A stretch of DNA of 64,000 bases from Blepharisma stoltei ATCC 30299 (GCA_965603825.1 CBFDEM010000011.1:1116001-1180000); one strand, 5' to 3'; shown: positions 1-12,263, counted from the stretch's first letter. Program-made: numbers and translations. The notes: generated by a model from the letters alone, not told the origin.

Positions 1-221
1 GCATTTCGCCATTACCACTCAGAACTGATATAAACAAATTATGCAATATTAAGCCCATCCTCCCTAAGCGTTCACAAAGTGTAGGGAGAAAGTCTATGAA
101 AATGATTATAAAAATCCCTGTAGAAAAAATTAGAGAAGAAGTGCCAATTACGTCATGGGAGCAAAGTCCTCATGATATGAAATTTATATACGATTACTAC
201 AATCTCCCAACCGTCAAATAA
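1..221 (+). CDS. 3' end of a hypothetical protein (truncated by window edge)
   Basis: Open frame from nt 3 to TAA at 219-221 (...KIPVEKIREEVPITSWEQSPHDMKFIYDYYNLPTVK*), convergent with the next gene. Confidence 0.6.
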   Translation, partial: ISPLPLRTDINKLCNIKPILPKRSQSVGRKSMKMIIKIPVEKIREEVPITSWEQSPHDMKFIYDYYNLPTVK

Positions 222-248
222 CAATTTTCGATACTGCTTATTTATAAG

Positions 249-1154
249 CTAAATAATATTGCATGCACAAATATCTCTCTTAATATCTTCAATCTTTGCC
301 AACCCTCCTTTCCCTTCTCCTTGCACAACAGGTTTAAAAGTTTTACTGTACGCTCTTCTTACATTCTGATAGCAAATTTGGCACAAGTTTTCTTTGATAA
401 TTTGTACAGGGACTTGGCTCCTAATAAACTCTTTCAGCTCATTCAGTTCATTTTCTACCTTTTTCTTCTCTTCAAGCATTCCATTAATTTTCAGTCTCAT
501 GATTTCTACCTCTTCATGGCCTCTAGCTGTTTTTTGTACAGTTCTTTCTTCTATAGACTGTGAAGCTTCTAATTGTAATTTTAATTCTTTTATTTCTTCT
601 TCCATCTTATAGTTATTGTCACATTCTTTTTGGAACTGCTGGTCTAGTTCCCATTCTTTTCGCTCATGATCAGCCTGCTGCTCTTTTTGTTTATTTTCAA
701 GTTTGCGTGATTTTGAGATAAATTTTGTGAGCTGCTTGGTTTTGTCGTTGCGTTCTTCAATACATTTTTGGATTTCTTGGGCTATTTCTTGCTTAACTGC
801 TTGGGATTTTGAATCAGTCTCTTCTACAAGCTTTTCGTGATGGCAGGATTCACAAAGACGCTCTTCTTCAGCACCCTTGGAAATAGAATGGTCCTTGCAG
901 ACTAGTCTGCCACAAGATAAGCAGGTATGCTTTTTTTGAATCAGTGTAAATGGGGTTTCACAAATATAACAAACTTCATTGGTTTCAATGACTTTATTGA
1001 ACAGGTTAACTGATAAGTTGACTGGCTGGGTAATCAGACCTACAGTGCCTTTTGCTAGACCTTTTAATGCCCTTTGAGCAATATTAGGATCAGATGGAGA
1101 GCTTGAAGAGCTGTTGTTAGAGTTAAACTTTAAGAGATTGGTAAAGTTTTTCAT
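249..1154 (-). CDS. FYVE-type zinc finger + coiled-coil protein with C-terminal CaaX
   Basis: CYICETPF..KKHTCLSCGRLVCKDHS..RLCESC (FYVE-like, atypical basic motif); long coiled coil; ends CACNII. Confidence 0.8.
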   Translation of the reverse strand: MKNFTNLLKFNSNNSSSSSPSDPNIAQRALKGLAKGTVGLITQPVNLSVNLFNKVIETNEVCYICETPFTLIQKKHTCLSCGRLVCKDHSISKGAEEERLCESCHHEKLVEETDSKSQAVKQEIAQEIQKCIEERNDKTKQLTKFISKSRKLENKQKEQQADHERKEWELDQQFQKECDNNYKMEEEIKELKLQLEASQSIEERTVQKTARGHEEVEIMRLKINGMLEEKKKVENELNELKEFIRSQVPVQIIKENLCQICYQNVRRAYSKTFKPVVQGEGKGGLAKIEDIKRDICACNII

Positions 1155-1341
1155 GTTTTTATTACCATATTAAAAACTCTTTTTTAGATTTTATAATAAT
1201 TTAGATTCCATTAGAAAATAATGATATAAAAGTTGATTTTATATAAAAAAATTTTTCATCATTTCACTATTTTTGAGATTTTGGCAATCATCCTATATTT
1301 TTATAAGACATTTGGTTAATAAGGCATGCTTAGGAATATTT

Positions 1342-2253
1342 TTAATTGCTAGGGCATGTATTAGAGTTCGTAGGAGAAACTTCAAATTTCAGCTCCCTCC
1401 AGTTCAGCTGGGCTTCTGGAAATTCGTTATATCCTTTAGAATTTCGGCACTCCGATCTAGAAGTGTCATCATCTAATATACCACAAAACATATAGCTGCA
1501 GTTGGCAAAGCCAAATTTATTAGCTCTATAAATGTCTTGATTGCAGACAGGACACTTATGCTCTCTTCCATCAGACATCTCCAAAATTGCGTCGAACTTG
1601 CCCATACCCAAACAAATGCACACTCTTTGTTTGTAGGCAACACATTCATGATTCATGCAAATTCCTTCTAAAACCAATCCTGATTTTTTGATTTTTCACA
1701 CCGGAACTACTGTATCTCTCCTCCCACTGTTATTATCACTAATAAGCACTGTAATAATTTCGCTTTGCTCAACTCCATAGTCAAGAAGCGTGTTGTTATC
1801 GTCCAGCTCAATTTCTTTATACAGGATTTTGACTTTATTTCGATAATCCCCACTCCCGCAGAACCTTTTCCTTAAATTCGAAATTTTTTCATTCCTTGGT
1901 AATGACGCTCTGAGGACCTTTTTGGTATTTTCACAAATCATAAAGGAAAGTGTTATTTTTTCAGTTAAATCTTCAGTAACTTCGAGCGAAAGAGAGTCTC
2001 CAGAGGTCAAGCCAATTTCATATAAAGGCACGTAGTGAGTTGATTCAAAGACAGCCTGCTTATGCTTGATTTGAAACTTTAAGTGGGATGTTGAAATCCC
2101 TTCTTTCAGATTTTGGTGAATAATTTCGCGAGAAAGCTCACAAAGCCTGGTGGAAAGCGGCTTTTTTACTTTTATTTGAGGCTTACAGAAGTAAGTCTCA
2201 TCAAGATTAATCCAGAATGAAGTATTCGCGCTAGTTGATTCATTGCAACCCAT
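1342..2253 (-). CDS. Ubiquitin-like domain protein with C-terminal Cys-rich domain (303 aa)
   Basis: ORFs 1696..2253 and 1342..1677 join in frame through UGA=Trp (PV-W-KIKKSGLVLEGICMNHEC); UBL motif KILYKEIELDDNNTLLDYGV; N-terminal MGC possible acylation. Confidence 0.8.
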
Positions 2254-2646
2254 TTTTAAGTATTTGCAACTAGTAAGACGTAGATATGGAGATTAGGGAA
2301 ATCGGAGATTATTGGGATGGAAAATATTTTGAAAAAGTATAGCGAAGCAAATGAAATAAAAATAAGGACTCTTAGAGAACATTCAGTATAGGAAATTTGT
2401 TGAAATTTGTTGCCATTTACTTAGGAGATTTTAAATTAGATTGTTAATTTTATATGAATTTCGAAGAATCGTTATTTGACATTATCTATATTAAAAGCCA
2501 ATTTTATAGAGAATCTTCATTTAGCACAATTAAAGACATGAGAATAATAAAGTCTCAACGGTCTATTTTTTTACTAGATAAATGTCCCATAATGATAATT
2601 TTATTTTTTGATTATTAAAGCAAAATAAAAATGTAAATTTTAAATG

Positions 2647-2821
2647 AAGGGTTTCGCAGACCCGTCAATTCAAATACAGGCACTTTATGGTGTATAGCTC
2701 GTAGAATTGACATTTGAAATAAAAGAAGAGTTGAGCCCTTCGGGTGCTCCTCTTCTCTGCCTCACATTCCTAATCCTAGGACATTCTATATGTCGACAGG
2801 AGACACCGTGGGCTGACAATT
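2647..2821 (+). ncRNA. snR30/U17: H/ACA snoRNA, probable U17/snR30 homologue
   Basis: GC-richer intergenic island with stems GTCAATTC/GAATTGAC and AGAAGAG/CTCTTCT (C-UUCG-G tetraloop); 3' hairpin with m1-like ACATTCCTA (2764-2772) and m2-like ACACCGT (2803-2809); ACA box 2816-2818 then T-run. 5' end approximate. Confidence 0.6.
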
Positions 2822-2904
2822 TTAAAAATAAACAGAAACTAAATCAATCTATTTATCCGCTTAAAAATTCTTTAATTTCTGTGTAAATTTCCTATAACCC
2901 TCAA

Positions 2905-3336
2905 TTATTCTTTAAAAGACTCCAAAAATGTGCTTTTATAAGTTTCTTTCAAGCTTGAATTCATATCAATTAAATTCCCTAATAGCTTTTCATAGCACTT
3001 TTCTTCACAAATAGTCAGATCTTCTTCTCCGTATTTAGATACAGGGTACTCCGAAGCACATCCAAACACACATTTTTTGCATTGATTGCTGTCATTAGGG
3101 AATTTTTTGTTAAAAATCCCAAAAAAGGTATCATGCATTTCTTGGCATTCTTTTACGCAGTTTCCTCTAACTTTTTTCCAGTCTTCAAGCTGAATAGGGT
3201 CTCCACTATAACAGCTTTCAGCACATTTTGAATATTTTACCTTAACATTTCTCAATATTTTTAAGCCTTTTTCAAGCTCTTCTTCACACTGCTGTGTAAA
3301 GCTATAATAGCTGAGTTTTCTCTTAAGATCATCCAT
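2905..3336 (-). CDS. Small helical Cx3C-repeat protein (FAM136A/DUF842-like)
   Basis: CAESC, CVKEC, CVFGC, CEEKC spacing in a 143-aa helical protein. Confidence 0.55.
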   Translation of the reverse strand: MDDLKRKLSYYSFTQQCEEELEKGLKILRNVKVKYSKCAESCYSGDPIQLEDWKKVRGNCVKECQEMHDTFFGIFNKKFPNDSNQCKKCVFGCASEYPVSKYGEEDLTICEEKCYEKLLGNLIDMNSSLKETYKSTFLESFKE

Positions 3337-3363
3337 ATTAATTATCCAGGAATGGCTTAATCT

Positions 3364-3714
3364 TTACTTATTTGAGTATTGAAGTAAATAATCATTAATG
3401 ACTGGAGCCATCGGTGAATACAACTGGCTTACCTTCTCAGCTAAATTTTGCTTGCAAGTTTCGTAGCAGCCTTCTTCTTTGCATGCAGAAAAACAGTAAA
3501 AAGCTTGTTGTCTAGATCTTTTCATTTCATGCACAAACTTATCATAGATTGATCTCCCTTCTTCAATGCAGGCTTGAGGCTTGCTTTCTTTCTTGCATCT
3601 ATGCTTATTCACTAATAAGTAATGTTTTCTCGCAAAATCAATATCATCAGTGTCTTGAATAATCGAAATTTCTTGCCTAAAAGCTTCTTCTCTAGTTGTA
3701 GGTGGATAAGACAT
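3364..3714 (-). CDS. Small Cys-motif helical protein, hypothetical
   Basis: 116-aa ORF, ATG..TAA, CFSAC/CYETC motifs. Confidence 0.65.
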   Translation of the reverse strand: MSYPPTTREEAFRQEISIIQDTDDIDFARKHYLLVNKHRCKKESKPQACIEEGRSIYDKFVHEMKRSRQQAFYCFSACKEEGCYETCKQNLAEKVSQLYSPMAPVINDYLLQYSNK

Positions 3715-3734
3715 TTTTATTAAATTAGGCTTAA

Positions 3735-4598
3735 TTATAAAATTTTGTCAGGGTGCTTTAGTCTATGAGTAAGGATTTTTATTATTTGTGGACAGCGGCC
3801 ACGAATTGGGCTTGCAGTCTTGCAAGGTGAGGAAGTTCATCCTTCACCAAAAGTAGATGATAAAGGAAGAAGATCAGATTTCATATAAGAATTCATTTCT
3901 AAAGTTTTCAGCGAAATATGTTTAAGTGCATTGCGATCTGTCCCAGATAGCATAAATGCAGGCAATGTTTTATCACATGGCTTGGTTGGAGACTTACTGA
4001 GATCTGGGCTTTGAGTTTTAGAGTCAATTTGTGAGTAGTTGATGGAATCAATTATTATATCACTTTTTGTGATCCTGTGAAATGGTGGCCTACCTTGAGC
4101 TTTATTGAATTTAATAGTACCTTTTTCTGTATTTTTTTTAACTGCACTGTAATTAGGGTCATAAGAGGCTTGGCTTGATAAATCTTGATAAGTCTTAAAA
4201 GTTTCCCTCCCAAGGTATTTCGACATATCAGGCGTCCTGATATTTTGGACTTTTGTCGATATTGGTGGAGAGTGATCAAAAGGAATAAATCGATTATGAT
4301 GGACATCCTGGGCTCATTTGAGAAATTCAGGGCGTGCAAGCTGTTTTTCGAAAGAAATTGGAGACTGAACATGGGGTGATAAAGAACGGCGAGGAGCTGA
4401 AATGGCTGATAACGTTCGTTTATGATGGGTTTCTGTAATAAAAAAATTTGAAGGCATTGTGGCAGTTTTAGGAGAGTTAAGAGGAAATGATGATTCTGCG
4501 GAGTTTGGCTTGTGGCGAACAGATTCTATGGTAAGCTTTGTAGGAGCACCAATTTTGGAGTAGAGATCTAAGGACTGGGGTTTGAAGTGCCTTGCCAT
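3735..4598 (-). CDS. Hypothetical Ser/Pro/Lys-rich protein (287 aa), possibly ciliary
   Basis: ORFs 4314..4694 and 3837..4226 join via UGA=Trp at 4314-4316 and read through 3837-3839 to TAA 3735; likely start MARHFK at 4598. Confidence 0.7.
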
Positions 4599-5000
4599 TA
4601 GATAAATGCAATTAATAGAAAATATTGTTTGTGTTTTAAAATTTATAGGCTTGTAATTACTGAGTGAATTATAGCAACGATTGAAATATTCCATTTATAA
4701 ACCAGAAATGTAATAAAAGATCAATAAAAATAAACACAAAAAAATCTGTATAATTATTATGATTAAAAGCAAAAAATGCTCCTATTTTGCAAACAATTTA
4801 CTCTTAAATTAATTTAAAAAGTTTTAACTTATACGATCAAATCCTATTTAAGTTATAAATAGACAATCATCCCAAGAATGATATTTAATGTATTTTCTTA
4901 GCTAAGCATCGATACTAGCATATATAGCTTATCAAGTCTTGAATAAAAACTTCTATATAATTTTAAATAATTTTTTGGGGGCTCATCTAATATATCATAT

Positions 5001-5411
5001 ATGGAAGCTAAAGAACTCGGCCTTTGTGCATTATTTCGAGGAGTTGACTATGTAGCGAAAGCTTCGAAGCGACCAAGAGAGCAGATAAAAGCTTTTACCT
5101 CTCTAGTTTCTAATAAGACAACTCCATGCCTTTCTAAGCTACTAGACTCCATTAAGAACGTGTCAAACGATATAGGAATTGAAGAAACTGCTGAAATACT
5201 GCGTCTTCCTACAGATGTTTTAAGACTTTTACTAATAAATTATGGGGTTCGGAAAGTGGATCGAGAGAGCAACAAAATAGCTATGGATAATGAAGATTTC
5301 AATGACCCCGAAGAAGATGAATCATACTCAGAAGCTGAAATAAAATTCGATAAAGAGCCGAAAGCTACTAAACACGCGAATTATTCTTATCAAATAATAG
5401 ACGAAGATTAA
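5001..5411 (+). CDS. Hypothetical protein with HTH-like N-terminal domain; paralogue of next gene
   Basis: VDYVAKASKRPREQIKAFTSLVS..PCLSKL matches LDYIAKAAKRPREEIQAFTSLVS..PCLDKL of the next gene. Confidence 0.7.
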   Translation: MEAKELGLCALFRGVDYVAKASKRPREQIKAFTSLVSNKTTPCLSKLLDSIKNVSNDIGIEETAEILRLPTDVLRLLLINYGVRKVDRESNKIAMDNEDFNDPEEDESYSEAEIKFDKEPKATKHANYSYQIIDED

Positions 5412-5448
5412 TTATAATATAAATTTTAAATGATTAAATTCGTTATAA

Positions 5449-6483
5449 ATTGATAAATTTTATGGCCTAGTCTTACATAAATTATGCAGAAAATTATCAA
5501 AAAATAATTTACTAGACTATATCGCTAAAGCAGCCAAGCGTCCACGAGAAGAAATTCAAGCTTTCACCTCCTTAGTATCCTACAGCTCAATACCTTGCCT
5601 AGATAAACTTCAAAAAACACTCGTAAACGTCGCAAATGAACTAGGCACAAAGCCTACAGCCCAGATGCTTAGCATATCAGAAGAAATTTTATCCTTAATC
5701 ATCTCTGAAGAATTTTCCAAACCCTCCCCAAAGCCTACCACAAACCATATAAAACCCAATCACGTAAAAAAACCCAAACAAATCCCTACAAATAACATAT
5801 CAAATCCTATAGAAATCGAAACTTATGAGCCAGTTACCGCAGAGGAGTCCAAAAATGTCTTAGAAGAACTCAAAAGGCGAATCACACAGCTTTATAGAGG
5901 AAACGTAAAAATCAAAGTCATTATGGCCTTATTTGATATTAGAAACTCCTGCTTTATACATAGTTTTGGGGACTGGGAACGATCTGTAGCTAGACAGAGA
6001 CTTTTTGAACTAAGGGAAAAAATAACCCAGCTTAAATCTGAAGGAAAAACTGATGAAGAAATCAGCAAAATACTGTGTATGCGAGAAAACAAAATGAGAG
6101 AAATCATGGGCGACTTAAAAAGACCAAAATTAGTATATACAACACAAGATATCAAAGAAGCCATTTGCTTATATAAAACTATAAGAAATAAAAAAAGAAC
6201 TGCAAAAGAGCTTGGGGTTTCAGTTTTTACGCTGGAAGAGTGGATAAATAAAAGCAAAACAGGGGAGCTGTGGTCGATTTATGATAATGATGAAGGAATT
6301 CCATCGACTATTATTTTAAATGCCTTGGAAACTTATTATTTGACGAAAAACCTTGAAGCTGCAGCTAAGGTTTCAGGGCTGACTATCCTTAAAGTTTCGA
6401 AGTTTGTGGAAAGGTGCAGAATGAGATCTTTGGAATTTAAAGACAAACGTAAAAACTCTGAAGAAAATCATGAAGAAGAATAA
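5449..6483 (+). CDS. Multi helix-turn-helix-like protein (start uncertain)
   Basis: Frame open from 5449, homology to upstream paralogue begins about 5512 (before ATG 5665); HTH-like KTDEEISKILCM, KKRTAKELGVSVFTLEEW, NLEAAAKVSGL. Confidence 0.65.
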   Translation: MDKFYGLVLHKLCRKLSKNNLLDYIAKAAKRPREEIQAFTSLVSYSSIPCLDKLQKTLVNVANELGTKPTAQMLSISEEILSLIISEEFSKPSPKPTTNHIKPNHVKKPKQIPTNNISNPIEIETYEPVTAEESKNVLEELKRRITQLYRGNVKIKVIMALFDIRNSCFIHSFGDWERSVARQRLFELREKITQLKSEGKTDEEISKILCMRENKMREIMGDLKRPKLVYTTQDIKEAICLYKTIRNKKRTAKELGVSVFTLEEWINKSKTGELWSIYDNDEGIPSTIILNALETYYLTKNLEAAAKVSGLTILKVSKFVERCRMRSLEFKDKRKNSEENHEEE

Positions 6484-6895
6484 AATATTATTTAAATGTA
6501 AAAACATTAAAAAATATTAATATTGCATATTTAAGTTAAAAAGTGCTATAAACTATGGCTCATTTGATGACCTAATTCTTTATCTTTTTATTTTAATTAA
6601 ATTTCATTTTCCTTAGAGCTGCTCATATATATTTTATCATTTAAAATACAGATTTAATCAGGAACATAAATTTAATTGCATTAAGCTATATTCTAAGAAA
6701 ATGATATAGATTACAATTAGAAGTATATTATAGTTATTATCACTAAAACTAGTATAACTCATTTTAATTTAAACAATAATAATTTTTAAGCTTATATAAA
6801 AATCAGCAATCAAGAATTTTGACTATCGAAAAGTTTTCTTTAAGATAATTTATTATGTAACTGTTTGAGAAAATGTTATAAAAGAATAAATTGCT

Positions 6896-9800
6896 ATGAG
6901 AAATTCATGAAGTGGAAGCCAAGTAAGCCGAAAACCTCTCTCAGATTTAATGAGAAGCCAGCAAGTCAGTATCGACCAAGATCAAGTTTCAAATGTCGCA
7001 TCAGATATCACTGATGATTATACAGGGCCGTCATTAGCTTTATTTGCGAAAATTATATGATCTAAAAAACTAGTCTTTACTCAACTCGCCCAACAAGGTG
7101 GATTACGGCCACGCGTAAAAATGAGCCCTTCTGAGCTACTATCATTACTAAAACGTTCCGGAGTCGCTACAAATATGCATCAACTTAAAGCGTTTCTGCG
7201 ATATATGCAAGTTGAGAGTGCATCTCCGCTAGATATAGTTGAAGCTGCTAGAGCCCTTGGCAATAATGAGAGTGGCCTTACTTCAATAGAAGAAATCGAC
7301 ACAGGAGAAGAAAAATTCCCAGTATTTGTACATACTGATAGGTATTCTGAAAGGGTCAGAGAAGTATTAAAAGACACAGATTTAAAAGCATTTTTTAGAG
7401 AAGCCACACTTGGGACGGGCGTGATGGATATTGATAGCTTTGCAACAGCAATTTCATTGAAAAGTAATGGAAGGGTAAGACAAATTGAAGCACAAAAAGC
7501 GTTTGAAAAAATTGCGAATGGGAATGAAAATTTTACTGAGGAAGAATTTGTGAATGCCTTTAAAAATTACGAGAGACCAGGAAGGACGTTAACTCATTCA
7601 ATAAAAATTTTAAAAAATTGGCTGAGAGACGAAAAACTCACTACTGAGCAAGGATTCGAGTATTTGCTAAGGATCACTGGAGCAAATAAAACTTTAAATT
7701 TTGACCAATTTGTGATAGGGCTAACAGAATTTAATTTTAGTCAATATGAGCTTTATTTGTTATTTAGAGAAATTGATTCGAAACAAGATGGAGTAATTGA
7801 CTTGACTGAGTGGATGAATAAAATCTATGAGAGCTCTGGGCCTTATCAGTCACTGCGAGACATTGTCCTTGAAAATAATTTGCAGACTGATGATTTACTC
7901 ATCAAAATGGATTTAAAAGACAAACAAAATATCGGCTTAGCTGAATTTGCAAGTATTTTACAAAAAATGGACCCTACTTTAACAGCTGGAAAAGCTGTAG
8001 ATTTAGCAAAAATCGCTATCGGCAAACAAGGATACGTTGATTTGCAAGATTTTCTATTACAATTATCACAGAAACCTGTGGATTACGAAGGCGACTGAAA
8101 AGAACAAATTTTAAGAAAAATCCAAAACCATATTAAAGGAAACGTCGAAAAAATGAAAAAAATATTTGAAGACGCTGACGAACGAAACAATGGAAAATTG
8201 CCACTTGCAGATTTCCAGCACTGTTTGCATAAAGCAGATATTGGGCTTCCTGCGATAGAAATTGAAAGACTTGCCAGAATTCTTGATAGAAAAGGTGACC
8301 ATTTGGTTGATTATACAGATTTTTTGGACCATTTAGAAGGAAAAAATTTAAGTCCTCCAGACCCTCTTAAAAAAACTATCCTCAGGCTTATAGTATTTCT
8401 CCGTCAAAATTCCCTCGCCCCAGCACAACTTCTGAAAAGACTAGGAGGGAACGTCACAATAGAAACCTTTGCCAAATTTATCAGAATAAAAGTAGATAAA
8501 CGGCTTGACCGTGTCACTGCTTATGAAGTTTCTAATAAATTTGACATGAACCATGATGGAATTATTGATATTGTCGATCTTTCAGCAGCCTTAAATAGTA
8601 AATCCTATGCTTCTTTTTCGCGAAATTCTCCATTTCCAACTGATAAATTGAACCAAGAAAGAGCTAAAGGCATTATAAGAGATGTAAGAAATGCCTTGAT
8701 ACAGAAAAGGATGAATTATAAGGACGCATTTACTGCGTTTGATACAAAAAATAACGGGATGCTGACTTGCAAAGAATTTTCTGATGGAATTGATAAGGTT
8801 ATAGAGCTGTCTCAGCCAGTCAAAAATGGGCTTTTTGCCATTATGGATAAGCAGGGGATTGGCTTGATTGATTATAAGGCGTTTTGTGATGTGATAAAAG
8901 AAGGGGATGTGCATGAGAAAGAACATGGAGATTCGTGGAGCTGGGAAACGAAAATTATTCATATGATAAAAAAATGGATTACTCAAGAAGGAATTAGCAT
9001 CGAAAACGCATTCCGGGCATTTGATAAGGATTTTGATGGGATGATGAGCAAAGAAGACTTACGACAAAGCCTAGTCTCAATCTTAAAACTTGAAGAAAGA
9101 GAAATTCCTTCATCAAGACTTGACAGGCTTTATAAGCTTATGGACAACTATAAGCGAAATTCTGTATACCTAGCTGACTTCAAAATATTATTTGAAGAAA
9201 ATAAAGTCCAGGATTGGCGAGACTCAGCCAAGCAGCAGATTGGGCTTTATTTATCAAAAAAATTTTCTGATAATATAAGGTCATTTGAATTCGTGTCACA
9301 ACTGACAGGGAAAATTACCTTTCAGCATTTTGATAAATGAATCCAGAAAAATCAAATTTTGCAAGGATTTAACCTGACCAATGAGCTAAACCAGCAATTA
9401 TTTGCAAGCTTAGATTTTCACAGAAAAGGATACTTATTACAGCATGACTGGGATTTAGCCTTTGGAAATATCAGTTGAAATAAGCAATGCTTAGACGAGC
9501 TAAAAGACGCTATACGCTCCACATTTACCGACACAAATAATGCATTTTCTCATTTCCAAAGATACGCAAAAGGCTCAGAGCTGACCATTTCTGACTTCTC
9601 TGAAGGAGTCCACGCCTTAATCCCTGACCGTTTTTCTAGCAAAGATATCAATGATTTATGGCAACAAATAGTTGGCCCCAACCCAGGCCTGAGTTTCCCT
9701 GTTTTTAAGCAGGCTTTTGAAGACGTCAAGTTTTTATCTCGCCTTTCTTTTTGTAAATCCTCTATGAAATCGCGGTCTTTAACAAGGGAGTCTCGAAGAG

Positions 9801-10699
9801 ACCTAAAAACTCCATTTTCTACCTTAAGCTATAGATCTTATGAGGAAGACCCATTAAAAAGGCTACAGTCCATGATTTCTGTTTCTAATACCAGGATTGA
9901 AAATATTTTCAGCGAAATTGACTCGACTTCGTCTGGAAAAGTCTCGTCATTTGAGTTCAGAAAAGCGCTGAGGAGGCTCAATTTAGGCCTAACAGCAAGG
10001 GAAATAGATAATATTGTTATGAGGTGTGACGCGAATAATAATGGAATTATTGATTGGAAAAATTTTAACAATCAGTTTGTGAAATCTGGGGTTGAAAACC
10101 AAATAAAAGGAATCGCTAGTGAAAAAATAGAAAAATATACAGAAAACATGTTTTCTTATATGCTGTCACCTCGAGATGCTTTTAACCAATTTGACAAAGA
10201 AAGGTCTGGGTATTTAAGTTTTGAAGCCTTTGTCAATTTGATGACAAAGCTATGCAAACTTTCAAAAGATCAAATACCTAGCTTTACTGTGCTGAGAGAT
10301 TTATTTGAAATTATTGACTTACGGAAAGACGGAGTCCTTGACGTAAAAGAATGAATTTCTACCTTTAAATCCCATGCTCCAATGCCATGGGAAAATTCCC
10401 AGCTATATGACGACGTGTGCCTTTCTATTTCCAAGCATAGAAAAGGCTTACTCCTTACCTTTGAAGCCTTATCCGGGACTGGTTTTGTCTCTTTCACCGA
10501 AGCTAAAAACATCATCACCAGTATCCTCAAAGGTACAAAACTCCCAGACATATTATGAAACCAAATCCTCAGAGTTGCCTTAAAAGATGGCAAAATTGAC
10601 TATAAGTTTCTACTCGAAGTATACAAAAACCGAGCATTAACCAAACAAATGCACCCAAAAAGTACAGCGAAGCCAGAAGAAATTTCACTTAAAGCTTAA
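6896..10699 (+). CDS. Large multi-EF-hand calcium-binding protein (1267 aa)
   Basis: ORFs 7121, 8153 and 9764 share one frame and join via UGA=Trp; many EF loops (DSKQDGVIDLTE, DMNHDGIIDIVD, DKDFDGMMSKED, DANNNGIIDWKN); ATG 6896, TAA 10697-10699. Confidence 0.9.
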
Positions 10700-10731
10700 T
10701 TTAATAGATGATGTAGGAAATTAATATAAAT

Positions 10732-11058
10732 ATGGATAAGAGAAGAGACAGACGAATTGAAGACCATGTAGAGGACGAAAACAACAAAAAAATAAAAGTT
10801 TTGCATTCCCAAGTATCAGAAATAAAAGCCGCCGCAAATAATATTTACCAAGAAACAAAAGACAGCAATTCCTTTTTAGATGTGTTTAATGGGCAGATGG
10901 AAAAAGGAAAAGCGGGTGTGAGAAATGTGTTTGATAGGTTTGAAGGGGTTTTAGCTGACAGGAATAACAGGCTGAGCATTTATATTGCAGGGTTTCTGAC
11001 TATTCTTTTCCTTATTGTGTGGAAATATGCAATGTACAGTGGAGGTGAATCTAGCTAA
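10732..11058 (+). CDS. BET1: Bet1-like Qc-SNARE
   Basis: EDENNKKIKVLHSQVSEIK..IYQET..SNSFLD SNARE motif, C-terminal TM helix, 108 aa. Confidence 0.8.
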   Translation: MDKRRDRRIEDHVEDENNKKIKVLHSQVSEIKAAANNIYQETKDSNSFLDVFNGQMEKGKAGVRNVFDRFEGVLADRNNRLSIYIAGFLTILFLIVWKYAMYSGGESS

Positions 11059-11139
11059 TCTATTATAGTAAATTTCTTTTTATTTTAGTAAAATTTATAA
11101 TAATCCTTATAAAATCTTACAATTTATAATAAGTTAGCA

Positions 11140-11736
11140 CTACTGTTTACAAAACTTGCTGATTTTCATATAAGTTTCTCGGATTCCTCGCATCCTCATC
11201 TGTAAATCCGTAACTTGTTCTGTAATATAAGCATTTTCTCGATGAATGTTAAAAAGTGGGGTCTTATTTATTTCATTGCATTTGGATTTATAGCACGCAA
11301 TCGCAGCGTCTTCTGATTCAAAATTGCCATCATCATTAAAAGGAAATCTGTCAAATTCAATTCCTGCGTCCTCTTCTGGCTCATCTTCCGACGTCATTAT
11401 TTCATCAATACATATCGAATGGGAAAGAGGGGTGAAGCCGACAGAATTTCGCTCATGGACACATCGATAACTGATAATGGACAGCTTGTCAATAGCCTCG
11501 TTGTTCCTATTCAGCTTAAAGCTATAAGTCCGCTGGCGATTCTCTCTGATGAAGTTTTCAGATTTTAGGTCTTTAAACAATCCTGGGCTTTCTGATGAAG
11601 AACTCCCACAGATGTTGTAGGCTTTCGCATCGTTGCTTTCTAAGGAGATTAACCGTGGCCTGGTATTGAGGTTTTTGTCTTTTAACGGAGTCAGAGCTCC
11701 ACAGTTTGGAGAGCTGGACTTTGAGTAGTTGAGCAT
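11140..11736 (-). CDS. Hypothetical low-complexity protein
   Basis: 198-aa ORF, ATG..TAG, flanked by AT-rich intergenic DNA. Confidence 0.65.
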   Translation of the reverse strand: MLNYSKSSSPNCGALTPLKDKNLNTRPRLISLESNDAKAYNICGSSSSESPGLFKDLKSENFIRENRQRTYSFKLNRNNEAIDKLSIISYRCVHERNSVGFTPLSHSICIDEIMTSEDEPEEDAGIEFDRFPFNDDGNFESEDAAIACYKSKCNEINKTPLFNIHRENAYITEQVTDLQMRMRGIRETYMKISKFCKQ

Positions 11737-12263
11737 TTATAAATTTCTTAACGTGAAGATACAGTCGAAAAATATCGAGAAATTGGAAAATGGGGAGAGA
11801 AGAGAAAGAGAGGGATTAGGATGGAATACGATTAAATTAGATAAGTATTATATATATGCCTGACAAAATAGAAAAAAATCGAAACATATGCAGAATCTTG
11901 ATTAAAATTGGAAATTGTAAGATGTGGATTAAGAGGATAAGGGTTTTCTGCATTCAATAGCTTGTAAACTGAAATTTAAAAGAAATATAAATTTTTTCAC
12001 CCCCATTTTAAAATTGAAAGTTGTTGAGATTTAAAATCCCATAGTAAAATTTAATTAAATTTTTCAAAATTTTGCTAAATTTTACTAAAGCCTAATTTTA
12101 TAAAAATCAAAAAATCTTTATTGATAAATATTTTAACTACGATTATTTTTGTTGAAATTAGCATCAAAATATTTTGCATTAATTTATTTAACTTAGGCTA
12201 TTTTTATATTTTTACCTCTGGCTATTATCGATTCTTTATGCCGCGCATTATTATAATTTAAAT

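Noticed and set aside
2647-2821. Telomerase RNA, RNase MRP/P, HDV-like ribozyme or SECIS
   Set aside because: No CCCUAACA template on either strand; no CR-I partner for P4; no convincing P1 for an HDV fold; H/ACA plus m1/m2 fits better
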